Shown here: piece after piece, positions 1 to 11,926 of the stretch | How positions within the stretch are numbered: the first letter of the stretch is position 1 | How the letters are laid out: each line of letters starts with the position of its first letter | Assembly (NCBI GenBank): GCA_002269645.1 | Contig: NIVC01000740.1 | Coordinates: forward strand, 124,001-188,000 | Reading direction: 5' to 3' | Source of the DNA: Macrostomum lignano | Lineage: Eukaryota | DNA length: 64,000 nt | The notes under the pieces: model-generated | What the model saw: the letters and a program-made list of their open reading frames with translations, nothing else | What the model was told of the DNA's origin: nothing | Databases searched by the model: none | Translations under genes and position numbers: made by a program

Positions 1-935
1 GGAACCTCTGCCATCGCAGGAATCCAACCCCAACTCCCTCCTTCTCTCTTTCCGTTCACCCTCCGGACCTCATCCCTTCCAAATCCTGCAGAGTACTTCC
101 TGCTCCATCCCAGAGAGAGTGAGTGCGCGAATCCCCAGTTGCTCCGCTGCACTCGAATTTCTCCCCGCGCTGTCCCTTCGATCGGACATTAAAATCACGA
201 GCTGAACTAATAATTCTCCCCCTTGTCTCTTGTCTAGACTCTTGTTTAGACTCTTGTCTAAACTTGTACTGCAGTCAGAGCCAAAAAATAATTGAAAACT
301 CGTTCAATACTGAGGCAAATCGAGATCGATAGTTTTTAAACAAGGTAAGAGCTGCTTGATTAAATCAAATACCTGTACGAGGAGTCGTACATGCAGAACT
401 AGAAGAAAGAGGCTACATTGGGTTTTTTTAGAAATAAGCTGGAGGTCGGTAGGGAACGTATGCCGGTCTCCTCAACGGTCCTTGTACCTGCATTTATTCT
501 TTGAAAATCCAGTCAATAGTATTCACTGTAAAATTTGATTTTTGATGCGAAACGACAGAAAGAAAACTATCTAACTTATCATATTTGATCTAAACAAGCC
601 AGGCATGGTCTGGAAACTATGTCATGCGATTCTGTAATAAATATTCTCGAGGCACTCTCTAGTCGCTAGCAAGTATATAAATAAGGGTGAAGGCGGTGTG
701 CATTGGTGTGACTTGAGCCCGTCTTGGATTCATTTTCCATCCTTGGCTTTAACCCAGTTATTGGATAGCGGGGAGACTCATAAAGACGGAAAGCCGATTT
801 TTCCTCATTTCCTTTTTGCTATCGGTAGCCTACGTCCTCAGATCCTTCCCTTAGCTTCTCCCACACTATTTATCACCCTTGCGATTGATTATTCCGAAAA
901 AAATCACTTATAGTTCGCTCCAGTTCAAACGAAGC

Positions 936-3900
936 ATGGTGCCTCTAGGCGTTCAGCGTCTATGGACGGCCATGACCAGAACCAAACCGGTGGACCGGGA
1001 CATGATGTCCACTCCGCTGAACCGTTGCCTGAGCACAATGGATCTCATCCTGCTCGGGGTTGGAAACATGTGCGGCGCCGGTATCTACGTTCTAACAGGT
1101 ACAGTAGTGAAAAAGAAGGCCGGACCAGCCACTTTTCTGTCCTACCTGATTGCCGGGTTCACGGCTTTTCTCAACGGCCTATGCTACGCTGAGCTGGGCT
1201 CCCGCGTGCCCAAAGCTGGGAGCGCCTACAGCTACACGTATGTGGCTACCGGCGAATTTCTTGGTGAGTTGCATCAAGCTATTCGCACTCTGTTGGTAAA
1301 AGAAATATTGATACAAAGAAGACCTTAAAAGTTGGCTAATTTTCTTAATTGAAATTAGTCAAGTGCCCTCACGCGCCTCACAAAGGTTGTCTCATTCCTT
1401 TGATGGCACCCACCCTACTTCACAATCCCCTGCAGTCTCCTACCGTGGTATGACGTGGTATGTCGTCGAGCAAATATTATTTTAAGTTAGACCTTGTTGA
1501 AATTGTAAAGATACTATAAATTCCATAATCCGGCTGCATATTTGGATCATTTAGATAAAACTAGAAGCTCGCTGTTTCTTTCCACAGCCTTCGTTATCGG
1601 TTGGAGCATCATACTGGAGTACGTTCTGTCCGCAGCCAGCATCGCCCGCGGATTCAGCGGCACTTTAGACGCTCTCACTTCAGACAGCGTCAGCAACTGG
1701 ACTATCAAGCATATCGGAACATTCTACACGCAGGCACCGAACACTACCTCTGATGATTACCTAATCTCGTACTACCCGGATTTTATGTCCGTTCTACTGG
1801 TCCTAATCGTGGCCGTGATCCTCAGCCTTGGCGCCAACCTGTCCAAGCACTTTAACACGGTGACCACTTCGTTGAACGTTATAATTTTAGTGTTCACCAC
1901 CGGAATTATGTTTAGCCTGGCTAACACCGCCAATTGGAGCAGCCATGCCTTCATGCCCTACCACTTCTCCGGCGTGCTCTCAGGAGCGGCCACCTGCTTC
2001 TACGCGTTCATTGGCTTCGACGCAATCAGTGTGTCGTCGGAGGAGGCCAAGACGCCGCAGAAGTCGCTGCCGATAGCTACCGGAGTGTCAGTATTGGTTG
2101 TCACAATCCTGCTGGTGTTGGCTAGCGCCGCTTTGACCCTGTTTCAACCTTGGGAGCTCATCGATAAGAAAGCGGCGTTTACGTCTGCCTTGGCTGACCG
2201 GCAGCTGCCCTGGGCCATGATCATCACGGGAATCGGCTCCATCACTGGCATCGTTGCCGCACTCTACTGCAACAACTATGCCATGCCGCGCGTTGTCTAT
2301 GCGATGGCCACCGACGGGCTCCTTTTCCGTCAGTTGGCCTACGTTACACCCGTGACCAAAGTTCCCATCGTGGCCATTATAGCCACTAGCCTTCTAGCCG
2401 CTCTCCTGGCCTTCCTATTGGACATCGAAGCTTTGGCCGACTTTCTATCGATTGGAACCCTGATCGCCTACAGCATTGTAGCCTGCAACGTCATCATCCT
2501 GCGCTACCTCCGGCCCCAGATGGCTAACTATCCGCCAATCGACGCCGGCCAGGACACAGCCACCGAGGTAGACGAGGCCAGCATCTGCGGCGACGCCGCC
2601 GACGATCGACGACGCATCAGCGATGGCTGTCTCGATGCCGACGGGAAGGCTGGCAACGCTGGCGGCGTCAATCGACCCGGTGCCGGCGGCGGCGATGGCG
2701 GCGGCCCGACCTCGCAGCTCGGAGAGAACATCGGCCGGCTGAAATATTACTTTCGCAACATCCCCGTGCTGCGCCGCATGAACCCCGGCATCGGGCCGAT
2801 CATCGCCCTGCTGGTCATCATCGCTGGTATCATCGGTGCCAGCCTGACGGTGAACATCGGCCTGGCTGATCTGAGCCGTGGTCATCCACTGGCCGTACTG
2901 CTGCTAATCTTCTTTATCATTGTAATTCTGTTTGGATTCTTCGTCATGCTGGTCCACGAGCAGGACAAGGATATTGAAACTTTCAAGGTTAGATTTGATT
3001 TTATTATAAAAAAACTTACTGATTAATGTCCGTATTACAACTCGACGTCCTGCTACGGCAATGGAAATTGAGTACTTTTATATTAAGCCGATGTTTAGTC
3101 GACGTCAGTAAAAAGTATCAGAGACGGCGAAAAACAATTAATTAGCTAAATACGTACGAAAGTCACATTACAGCAACATTATTAAATTATAATTAAAAGT
3201 AAAAGTATCCGTTTGACATAGACGTCTAGCTATCGACGTCGGGTATGTCGGTAGCGTCGGCGGACGTCAGAATGTCATACGGGGTGATATTACATGTAAA
3301 ATGTCTGTACTATACTATGAGTGAAAAGTGAAGAAGTGCAAGGAGGTCTTCCAATTTATTTCTAAAAAATGCTTACTTGGTCGATGCTTGGAGAGTGCTG
3401 ACACAATTACCTCTAACATAAGAGTCAACACCTATAACGCAAAGTGTCAATTTGCGAATTACCAGGGACACGAGAGTCAAAAAGTTGATGTCAATAAAGT
3501 TCATAAGAGGGATGAAAATGACATAATTTAAGCGCTACATGTACATAAGCATGCTCTTCTTAGTAATAATGTAAAATTACAGCATTTAAGTGACAGAAGT
3601 TAAGACCTCTTAAATAACTCTCTATTTTTCATAACAAACTCCTCACCCAGGTCCCGGTGGTCCCGCTGATTCCGTGTCTGGCCATCTCGCTGAACATCGC
3701 GCTGATTATGAAACTGCAAGCGCTTACCTGGATTCGCTTCTTTGTCTGGCTAGCCATCGGCCTGGTGATCTACTTCACCTACGGCCTGCGCAACAGCCGC
3801 GAGAACGCCGAACGACTGCAGCAGCAATCCGAAAAGATGCCGCTATCCGGATCATTGAGCTACCAGAAGCTGCACGACACCAAGCAGCAGCAGCAGGCGG

Positions 3901-3959
3901 CCACTAGCACAACCGACGCCGAGAAGAAGAAAGAAGCTGAAGCCGCTGGTCAACCCTGA
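936..3959 (+). CDS. SLC7-family cationic amino acid transporter (CAT/SLC7A1-4/A14-like), 3 coding exons, ~678 aa
   Basis: Exons 936-1263, 1588-2987 and 3651-3959, joined by GT..AG introns (gtgagt..tccacag; gttaga..cacccag). Phases restore GEFL|AFVIGW and TFK|VPVVPLIP. APC/CAT motifs: GVGNMCGAGIYVLTG, AGPA, CYAEL.SRVPKAGSAYSY, CFYAFIGFD, EEAK.P. Total 2037 nt = 679 codons. A probable 5'UTR intron lies at 345-923 (gtaaga..ctccag). Confidence 0.93.
3030..3282. mobile_element. MITE-like insertion in SLC7 intron 2
   Basis: Imperfect 21-bp inverted ends (ccgtattacaactcgacgtcc 3030-3050 vs ggacgtcagaatgtcatacgg 3262-3282; 16/21 match), with several internal GACGTC palindromes. Confidence 0.35.
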
Positions 3960-5517
3960 ATTGTGAGAAACGACGAGTTTTTTTGTTTGACTCGATCCTG
4001 ACCCAGAAGTTCCGATTGCGAGAATTTGAAATGATTTATTAAATTGGGCGAAGTGGAAAAAAGAAGTCTAATAGTGATTTTAAATCATTTAAAGTACTTT
4101 AATTAGCAGTCCTACGCGCAGAAGGACCCATATATTTGAAATCAATAGCTATGCAAACATTATAATTACACAGCTCGCATTATCCAGCGAACCATGATTT
4201 GATGACTATAAAATTCTATTCGTTCAACGTTCCATTCAAATGAAACAAAACTACAATATCTTTTGGTCAGTGAAATTTTAGCTTTGTGTTCGACATCACA
4301 GCGTATATACATTTTTCGTTGTTGTTTGTCTTGATATCAATATTACGAAATCATCGCTTTGCCGCCGCCATCGGCTAGAGTAATTTAATCGAATTTACTT
4401 TTCGTATTGCCGTGTGTTTGTCTGTTTTTGTCCAATAAATTTATATCAAATGTTTTAATTCAAACTATATTCTACAAGTGATCGTGTTATATCCCTGTTT
4501 TCGTGTGCATTTATACGCTTAAAAATTCCTGTCATAGAATAAATTTTATTTATAAGTAGCGATCTTCCTCCACAAAAGAATATACTAAACAGATTAACAA
4601 AGATCAATTGCCCAGAAAACCTCTTTCTAAAAACAAAGAAATAAGGCACGTGATTTCATTATCTGTGATTTCTTGCTTTGAGTGAATTTCGCTGTGTTCT
4701 ATTATTATTTTTTATTATAGCTATGTACTACGTACTAGTTACACATGTGTAGTAATTACGCGCTTAGCATTTTATTTTATTATGTCGGTGTTATATGCTG
4801 CTAAATATTTAACTAATAATTTTGTTTAAATTAACGTCATCAAAAGTACAAACTAAGTTATACACAGCGCTGAAAAGACGTTTGTAGTTGAACTAAAAAT
4901 ACTTTTTTTTCGCTGCGAAAAGTTTTTCAGCTAGCTACAAATTCTCAGTGGTCTCGTTTAATTTGGGATTTTCTCCTATGTCAAAGATAAACCCCGCTAG
5001 ATAATTGTCTTATAAAACTGTGTTTTTTCCGGAATGACATAATTCTGTTGTTGTGTGTTGGCTTTCGAGTTTATTCTGCAGCAGCTGATAGATTTTAATT
5101 TAATTGGTATCGTGTGATCGCTACTGTTAATTAACATTCGGTATTATATATTTTCTGTGTTAGCTGTAATCCACCTATACTTACATTTCTAAGATTTGTC
5201 TGTTTTGTGCAAAGCTCTAGCTGTTTTAACTGTTAACATTGTTATTAAAATTTCTCTTTATTAAAAGCAGCTGATCAATGGCCCGACGAATAATCCAATA
5301 TTTATTTATCATTTTTTCTGTGAACCAATAAAGTGAACTAGAATCAGCAACAACGCTTTAATCAGACCCTGGCATTCTCAAACTTTGTTGATAGCGGCTT
5401 CTAGCGTTCTTCATTTCACGAAGTTAAAGAAAAGAGATTGTCGGAATAAAGACAGAAATTTACTACGAGATGAATTGGGAAACTTTGGGATGATTTGGAG
5501 CACTTTAGAGATAAAAT

Positions 5518-5640
5518 TGAGGCACTGTGGGAGGAATTGGGGCACTGTGGGAGGAACTGGGGCACTGTGGGAGGAATTGGGGCACTGTGGGAGGAACTGG
5601 GGCACTGTGGGAGGAATTGGGGCACTGTGGGAGGAATTGA
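5518..5640. repeat. 20-bp minisatellite (ggggcactgtgggaggaa[c/t]t), ~6 copies
   Basis: Direct tandem copies are visible. The array abuts the truncated end of the left LTR. Confidence 0.9.
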
Positions 5641-5643
5641 GAC

Positions 5644-8600
5644 ATAGCTGTATTTATTATCGATCGCCTGACTCACCCTAACCCCCAACCCTCGCTAGCA
5701 AAGTACATTCAGCGAGAGTGAGAGACATCAAAACAACTTAACCCAGCACCCGCCCCCGGCGCGCACGCAGGCCAAGTTTACCACGTCCCTCCATGCCAAG
5801 ACAAAAGCAACAGAACTTGCAACAAAAAAGAAAACCCCACCACCAAAAAACAATCAAGGTCACTGTCAGATCTATTTCACTCGTAGGTCAGTCTATCCGG
5901 TGCCCTTGTAGTCCTCTCCGAACGCCACAGCAGGAGTGGCACCGCCCTACCTCTGCCTGACTGGCCCGATCCTGCCGCTTGCTCAGGTTTGATGACCGCC
6001 GGCACCAGGCGATCGGCATGCCGCCGCACAACGTGCTCGTCGGGCAGGAGGCATTCGTAGGACAGCGGCCCGGTCTGGCGGCTCATGAAGGCTGGCGCCC
6101 ACTTCTCCGGACCAGTGAAGGCGCGTACCAGGACACCGTCGCCTTCTTCGAAGTTGCGATCCCTGGCTCGCAGGTCGTGGTACTTCTTTTGCGAATCCTG
6201 GCTGCGCCTGACTGTAACAGAGACGTCGGGCCGCAGGATGTCTAGAAGCGTCCGCAGCTGCCTGCTCATCATCAGCTGGCAGGGTGGAGCGCCGGTTTTG
6301 TGCTGTGCCGAGTGATCCGGTAGGTCAACAGGAACCGCGCTAGCCGGAACTGCAGGGACGCGGGCTGCCCCTTCGCCAGGGCCGCCTTTACCGTCTGGAC
6401 CGCTCGCTCGGCCAATCCGTTGGACGATGGATGATATGGAGACACCTTGATGCGCCGGATGCCGTTCGTTGCTGGTCAAACAGTTGCTCATCTCTTGGCT
6501 CACGAAATTCGGCCCGGTGTCGCTCACCACTACCTCCGGCAATCTCAACTGACTGAAAGTCCTGAGCCGATCGACTGTGGCAGCACTGGTGCGGACTGGC
6601 AAATGTGGACTTCAATCCATTCGAATGAGCGTCCACTAGCACCAACAGCATCTCTCCCTCGATTGGTCCAGCGTAGTCCATGTGGATTCGGGACCAAGGC
6701 TTGTCCGGCCACGGCCACGGCTGCAGAAGGGCTGGCGGCGGACAGTTCTGATGACGCAGGCTTGATGCTTGATGCTCGATGTCTCGATGCTCGATGTCCT
6801 GGTCCAATCCCGGCCACCAGAAATATCCTCGGGCCAGGGATTTCATCTTTGAAGCTCCTTGGTGGCTCTAATGTAGACAGTCGAGCAGCGTTTGTTGTCC
6901 CTAAACCGGCAAAATGACTCGGTTGCCCCACAGCAGGCAGCCGTCCTCCAGGCTCAGTTCTGCCGCCCTGACGGCGTACGGCTGCAGTTCCGCATCCAGC
7001 CGACGACGCTCCAGCCATCCACCTTGAACAAACCGCAGCACTCGACTGAGCAGCGGGTCCCGCCTTGTCCAGCCGCGAACCTGAGCAGCCGTCACAGGTC
7101 CCTCATTGAACGCGTCGATGAGCAGCACTACCTCAGCCGGTGAGGGCATCTCCACTGACTTCATCGGCAGCGGCAGCCGAATCAGTGCGTTACCTTCTCC
7201 AGCAGCCGGTGCAGAGGAGCCAGCACACTGGACAGATTCGGCAGAAATCGACCGATCGAGGAGGTCCCAGAAACTCCGCAACTACGTGACGTCCTTTGGC
7301 ATCGGCGTGTCAACGATCGCGTTGACTTTGTCACTCATCGGATGCAGGCCCTGGGCGTCAATCTGATGCCCCAATAGGCACACCGAGTTCTGCATAAAGC
7401 GGCATTTGTCAAGCCGGCACTTCAGCCCAGCATCCGTCAGGCGCTGCAAGACGGTCTCCAGATTCTCGAGGTGCTCAGTATCGTCAGCGCCTGTCACCAG
7501 CACGTCATCAATAAAGGTTGCCGTATGCTGTGCGTCTTGCTGCAAGCCGTCCATTGTTCTCTGGAAAATTCAAACTGCTGGTGAGATTACAAACGGTAGC
7601 CTCGTATACCTCAGCAAACCCTTCGAGGTGTTTATGGTGCACAGGCGCTGGGATTCTTCGTCGAGCGAAAGCTGCATGTATGCCTGGCTGAGGTCCAGCT
7701 TGGTAAACTTTTGGCCGCCGGGAGCTTGCAGCGAACAACTCCTCAATCCTTGGCAGCGGGTAGAAGTCCATCTTCACGTCCTGGTTTACCGTGCACTTGA
7801 AATCCGCGCAGATTCTGACGGCGCCGTCCGACTTCAGAACCGGCACGATTGGGGACGTATACTCCGAATCGGAGACCGGCTGCAAGATGCCCTGCTGGAT
7901 CTCCTTGAGCTGCTCTTCTACCTTGGACTTCAAAGCGAAAATCACCTGCCGCACTTTCATGAACTTGGGTTGCGCCCCAGGCTTCACTCGCAGTTTCAGA
8001 GGTTTACCAGTGTAGCAGCCGAGACCACTCGAGAAAACGGGGCTGAACTTCTCGAGCAACTTCTGCACTTGCTGATCCTTTGGAGCCGACGCTTCGGGCA
8101 GCTGCTTGACGCTCCCCCAATTCAATGGCAGCACAGCCAGCCAGTTCCTACCGATGAGGCTGGAACCGGATCCAGATACCACTAGAAGAAGAAGGAGCTG
8201 CTTGGCTTTACCTGGAATCTCCGCAGACACGCTGATCTGACCGAGTGCGCTGACCGGCTGTCCGCAGTAGTTCCGCAGTTGAATCGGGGTCCTCTTGAGC
8301 TCGGGAGCACCACCCAGTATGACAGGTCGTGACAGGCCCTAGCGGATCAACGATACAGCCGCGCCCGTGTCGAACTCCATATGGCAGGACACTCCGTTGA
8401 GCAGGACCGTGGTCAGGTACAAGTACGGCGGGACCTTGGCAGCTGCACTGGGCAGAGTGTTCAGGGAGCCGCAGTCTTGTCTGTCCTCCTCCACAGCTGC
8501 GACTTGCGACGGCGGCTCAGCTCCAGACGAATCCGCGCCTCCTCGACAGGCTAAAGCGGTGTGCCCCATCTTGCCACACTTGAAGCAGTCGACCTTCTTC

Positions 8601-10428
8601 ATGAAAGGGCACTTCGTCGCCAGGTGTTTTGCTGACAGGCACCTGAAACACCTTTTCGCTGGTCGCCGAGTCTCTACATGTACCGCATTGGTCTGGCTGA
8701 TTTGGTCTACCGATGCTGCTGAGGCGGCTTGTGGAGTTCCTGAGGACGAGCCCTTGATCAATCTGCAGCCCTTGGTTGCCAGCAGCTCCACCGCCTTGGA
8801 GATCGATAGTGCTCTGTCCAGGTCCAACTCAGTCTCCGGCAAGAGTCTGCGCTGTATGCGGTCATCAGCCAGCTTCCTCGTCACCAGTAAAATAAATTCA
8901 AGTCAGAACTTTGTGACACAAAAGCCACACAACATTGCAGGCTGCGAAAAGCCAGATTTTTACTGAAACTATATAGCTCGTATTTTATTATCGATCGCCT
9001 ATACTCACCCTAAATACCGTACCCCACGCAAAGTACATTGCTATGCGCTTTCGTCTATGGCATTAGTTGGCGCCGGAAGGAGTCGAGGAGGGGGAGAGTG
9101 AGAATGGGGGTGTGGGGGCGAAGCCCCACTTTCTAAAATGAAATTTAAATAAATTTTAGTCTATGGCCCACATCGACATTAATATGCATACTGTAGTTTT
9201 TTGACCCCATAAAGAGGGAGACGGAAGGTTTAAGGGAGCTGAGTAGAAAAACAGCAGATTTGATTGCTTGCATAATTCATTTACGCAAACGAAATCGCCA
9301 TGGCTGACGCAGAGCCAACTACAGTGGCAGAAGTTCTGCCTCCTCTATTTCACTACGGAGCTATGCCGAATGGTGAGATTTCATGAGTAACATCCGATCA
9401 TGCCCAAGGTCATTATATAGACAGTCGAGATGCAGCGAACCGCTATAGATTTTCCGAGAAAAGCTGCTAGAGGCTTTCGCTATCTTCTTGAGTTTATGAA
9501 GAACGTCAGTGAGAAAGCAGGCCTTACTAAGGTGTACACCGACCGCTGCATATGGTAGGTAGTTTGACCTGCACTTATGCCCACCATATTCATAATGTTT
9601 CTCTGTGAACACATTTGCATCTAGACAAATCAGTTGCCTACTTTTCTTAAACTGCAGAGTAACTAGAGCGTGCCACCTGGATGCCTGTGGCCAGACTATC
9701 CAGGAGATCTTGCTCATAACTGGGCGAAAGTGTGAGCGAACTGTTAAGCGCTACTTATCGAGGCGACGTGATCGAAGTTTGTATAGGGCATCTCTGGCTG
9801 TGGATCAGGCGCTGAATCATACAGTTTCCGAAACTAATGTCAATAATAATTGATCGTTAAGCTAGCTCGTCCAAAATACAATCACAATAAGCGAGGCTAC
9901 GATGGAGGAATGTGCGGATGTTTATCAAGAGCCTGTCCAGACCGACGGCGCACTACGTGTGCAGGGCTGCTCCATCAAAGAAGATGAAAGTGACCATTGG
10001 CGGCAGGCGCAATCTGATCAATATTCTTTTTGAGTGACCTTTCTGTGTAGGCCTTGTATTAACTGATTAACATACGATTTCTTTGTTGAACAGTTTTTGA
10101 TGGTTTTCTAACATAAAAAAAATTTACCCTTTGTTCAATGTTTCAATTGCCGTTGCGTGTTAATGTCCAAAATGACATTAACACGCATCCTACGCGCGTG
10201 TTATTGTCACCAAAAGTGTATAGCAATGTTTCTACTGCACTATTTTTGAGTGTTAATATTAACACTGCAATATTAACTGCAATAATAATGCAATATTAAC
10301 ACATGACATGTCATTACCACACTCAAAAATAGTGCAGAAGAATATATCATTTACAGCGGGAGTAATTGAGACATCAAAACAACTTAACCCAGCACCCGCC
10401 CGGCGCGCACGCAGGCCAAGTTACCACA
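5644..10428 (-). mobile_element. Degenerate Ty3/Gypsy LTR retrotransposon (K02A2.6-like), non-autonomous; 5' LTR split by an insertion
   Basis: Minus-strand frameshifted fragments: gag C-terminus with CCHC knuckles (CFKCGKMGHTALAC), protease (EFDTGA), RT (SPIVPVLKSDGAVRICADF; FIDD), integrase (WWPG, RIHMDYAGP, VSDTGPNF). RNase H is largely deleted. The 3' LTR copy at 5644-5785 matches 8973-9039 plus 10348-10428. The 5' LTR starts TG at 10428. PBS-like TGGTGACGAGGA at 8886-8875; purine tract just inside the 3' LTR (~5786-5794). Confidence 0.88.
9040..10351 (+). mobile_element. Crypton-like (tyrosine recombinase) DNA transposon relic inserted in the Gypsy 5' LTR
   Basis: Exons 9449-9554 and 9658-9853 (possible upstream exon 9300-9372) read ...FMKNVSEKAGLTKVYTDRCI*VTRACHLDACGQTIQEILLITGRKCERTVKRY. 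This resembles the YR C-terminal motif MKxISxxAGLxxxYTNHxxRAT...TGHKSxxSLxxY. The insertion is bounded by a 4-bp CATT direct repeat (9036-9039, 10348-10351) and has no TIRs. Confidence 0.6.
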
Positions 10429-11926
10429 GTTGGCACGGGGAAACCAAACGTTTCGTTAACAGACTTTTAGGATAATAGTTCATCGAGAGAGAAACTGGAC
10501 GTTTCGGTTCAAGGTTGGGTTTCGGATATAAATTATGAAATAAGAGTACGCGAAAATAGAAAACAAAAATGGATACAAAGAAAATTTCGCGTAGATTGTG
10601 ATGGAATCGACGAAGATTACATTCGTCCATTTTTAACCGAACGTGTGCTACTTTATCTCACATCTGAACCTACATGCATATAGCTGCATCATTTCTTGTT
10701 GTATGCACGCATTTAGGAGCTTATTGCGTGCATCTAGTAGAGTGTCAAATTCAAACTGTTTGCAGTGACACTCCCCCATGCAGTGGTGACCCTACTCTCT
10801 TATCATGGATAAATCATCTATGATCCATGATCCATTGATAAATCATGCATGTTCATGGTATTTTCATGCATGGATTTTTAAAACTTTCCATGGTAAAATC
10901 ATCCATGTCAGGGAGTTCATACGGGAAAATAAATAACTAAGCTTATAAAAAATTTCAGGCTATTTTATGTATATCTAATAAAGTTTTAAATATATTTAAT
11001 AAAAGCGAAATTGTAAATACAAAATATAGTTTAATAAATTTGTTAAAATCTTCACCTACAAATTGCTTTGAATATATTACCAGCAATTTTGTTGGCCATT
11101 TTGTTTCGGTTTAGTTAATTACGGACTTAACTTCCCATAAACATAAATTACTAGGCCTATTTTTCCTTTCTAAGAGGACTCTGTCACTCTTGCATGTTGT
11201 CATCATTTCATTATGTGTCACTATGTGCTATGTTTATGTTTATGTTTTTTCTTAGCTATATACTTCCAGTTCCACTTTTGGTAGCTAGTTTTAAAATTCG
11301 GTGGCTTGTAAGGTTTTTTGACATGCTAATTTTGATCTTCACTCCTTCAGTGAAAATTGTATTTGTAGATATATTAGAAAATAGAAACCCTATTATATAT
11401 TATATTTGGGATGCAAAGATAACCTATAGGGGTTAGATGTATATTTTTGAATGATATTTTGCTGCATTTTTATAATGATAGGTTGGCCTAACCAAAGCCA
11501 AAGGCCTAGTCTAAAGTGGCATCCTAGACCTAGGCCATAGCCTAATGATAAAAATCACATGGTAGGCTGACAGTTTCAAAATAATAAAAAATAATAGTAT
11601 ATTATGGTAATTGGTACTTAATTTCGAGACCTTTCATGTCCTTTGTATCTAATATACAGTCTATAATCAAAACTAGACTAGACTAGGCCCAATTAGGCCT
11701 AATATTGTCTACTTTGTATCAGAAAATCCACAATGGCACAACTTTATAATTATAGGCCTTTATATAGGGCCTAGGCCTTATATTATAATTTTTATTTAAA
11801 ATCATAGGGGCCTAGGGTCCCTACATTAAATTTTTTTTATATACAATTCTAATTGGTTTGTCATTGGCCTCTTGATTGATTCTTCAAACCTTATCTCCTT
11901 GTGAAACTTTTTCAGAACAAATTGTT

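Noticed and set aside
9361-9717. Minus-strand ORF that superficially recalled a hAT/Buster transposase segment
   Set aside because: No RWLS-type motif. The + strand gives a better, spliced tyrosine-recombinase match.
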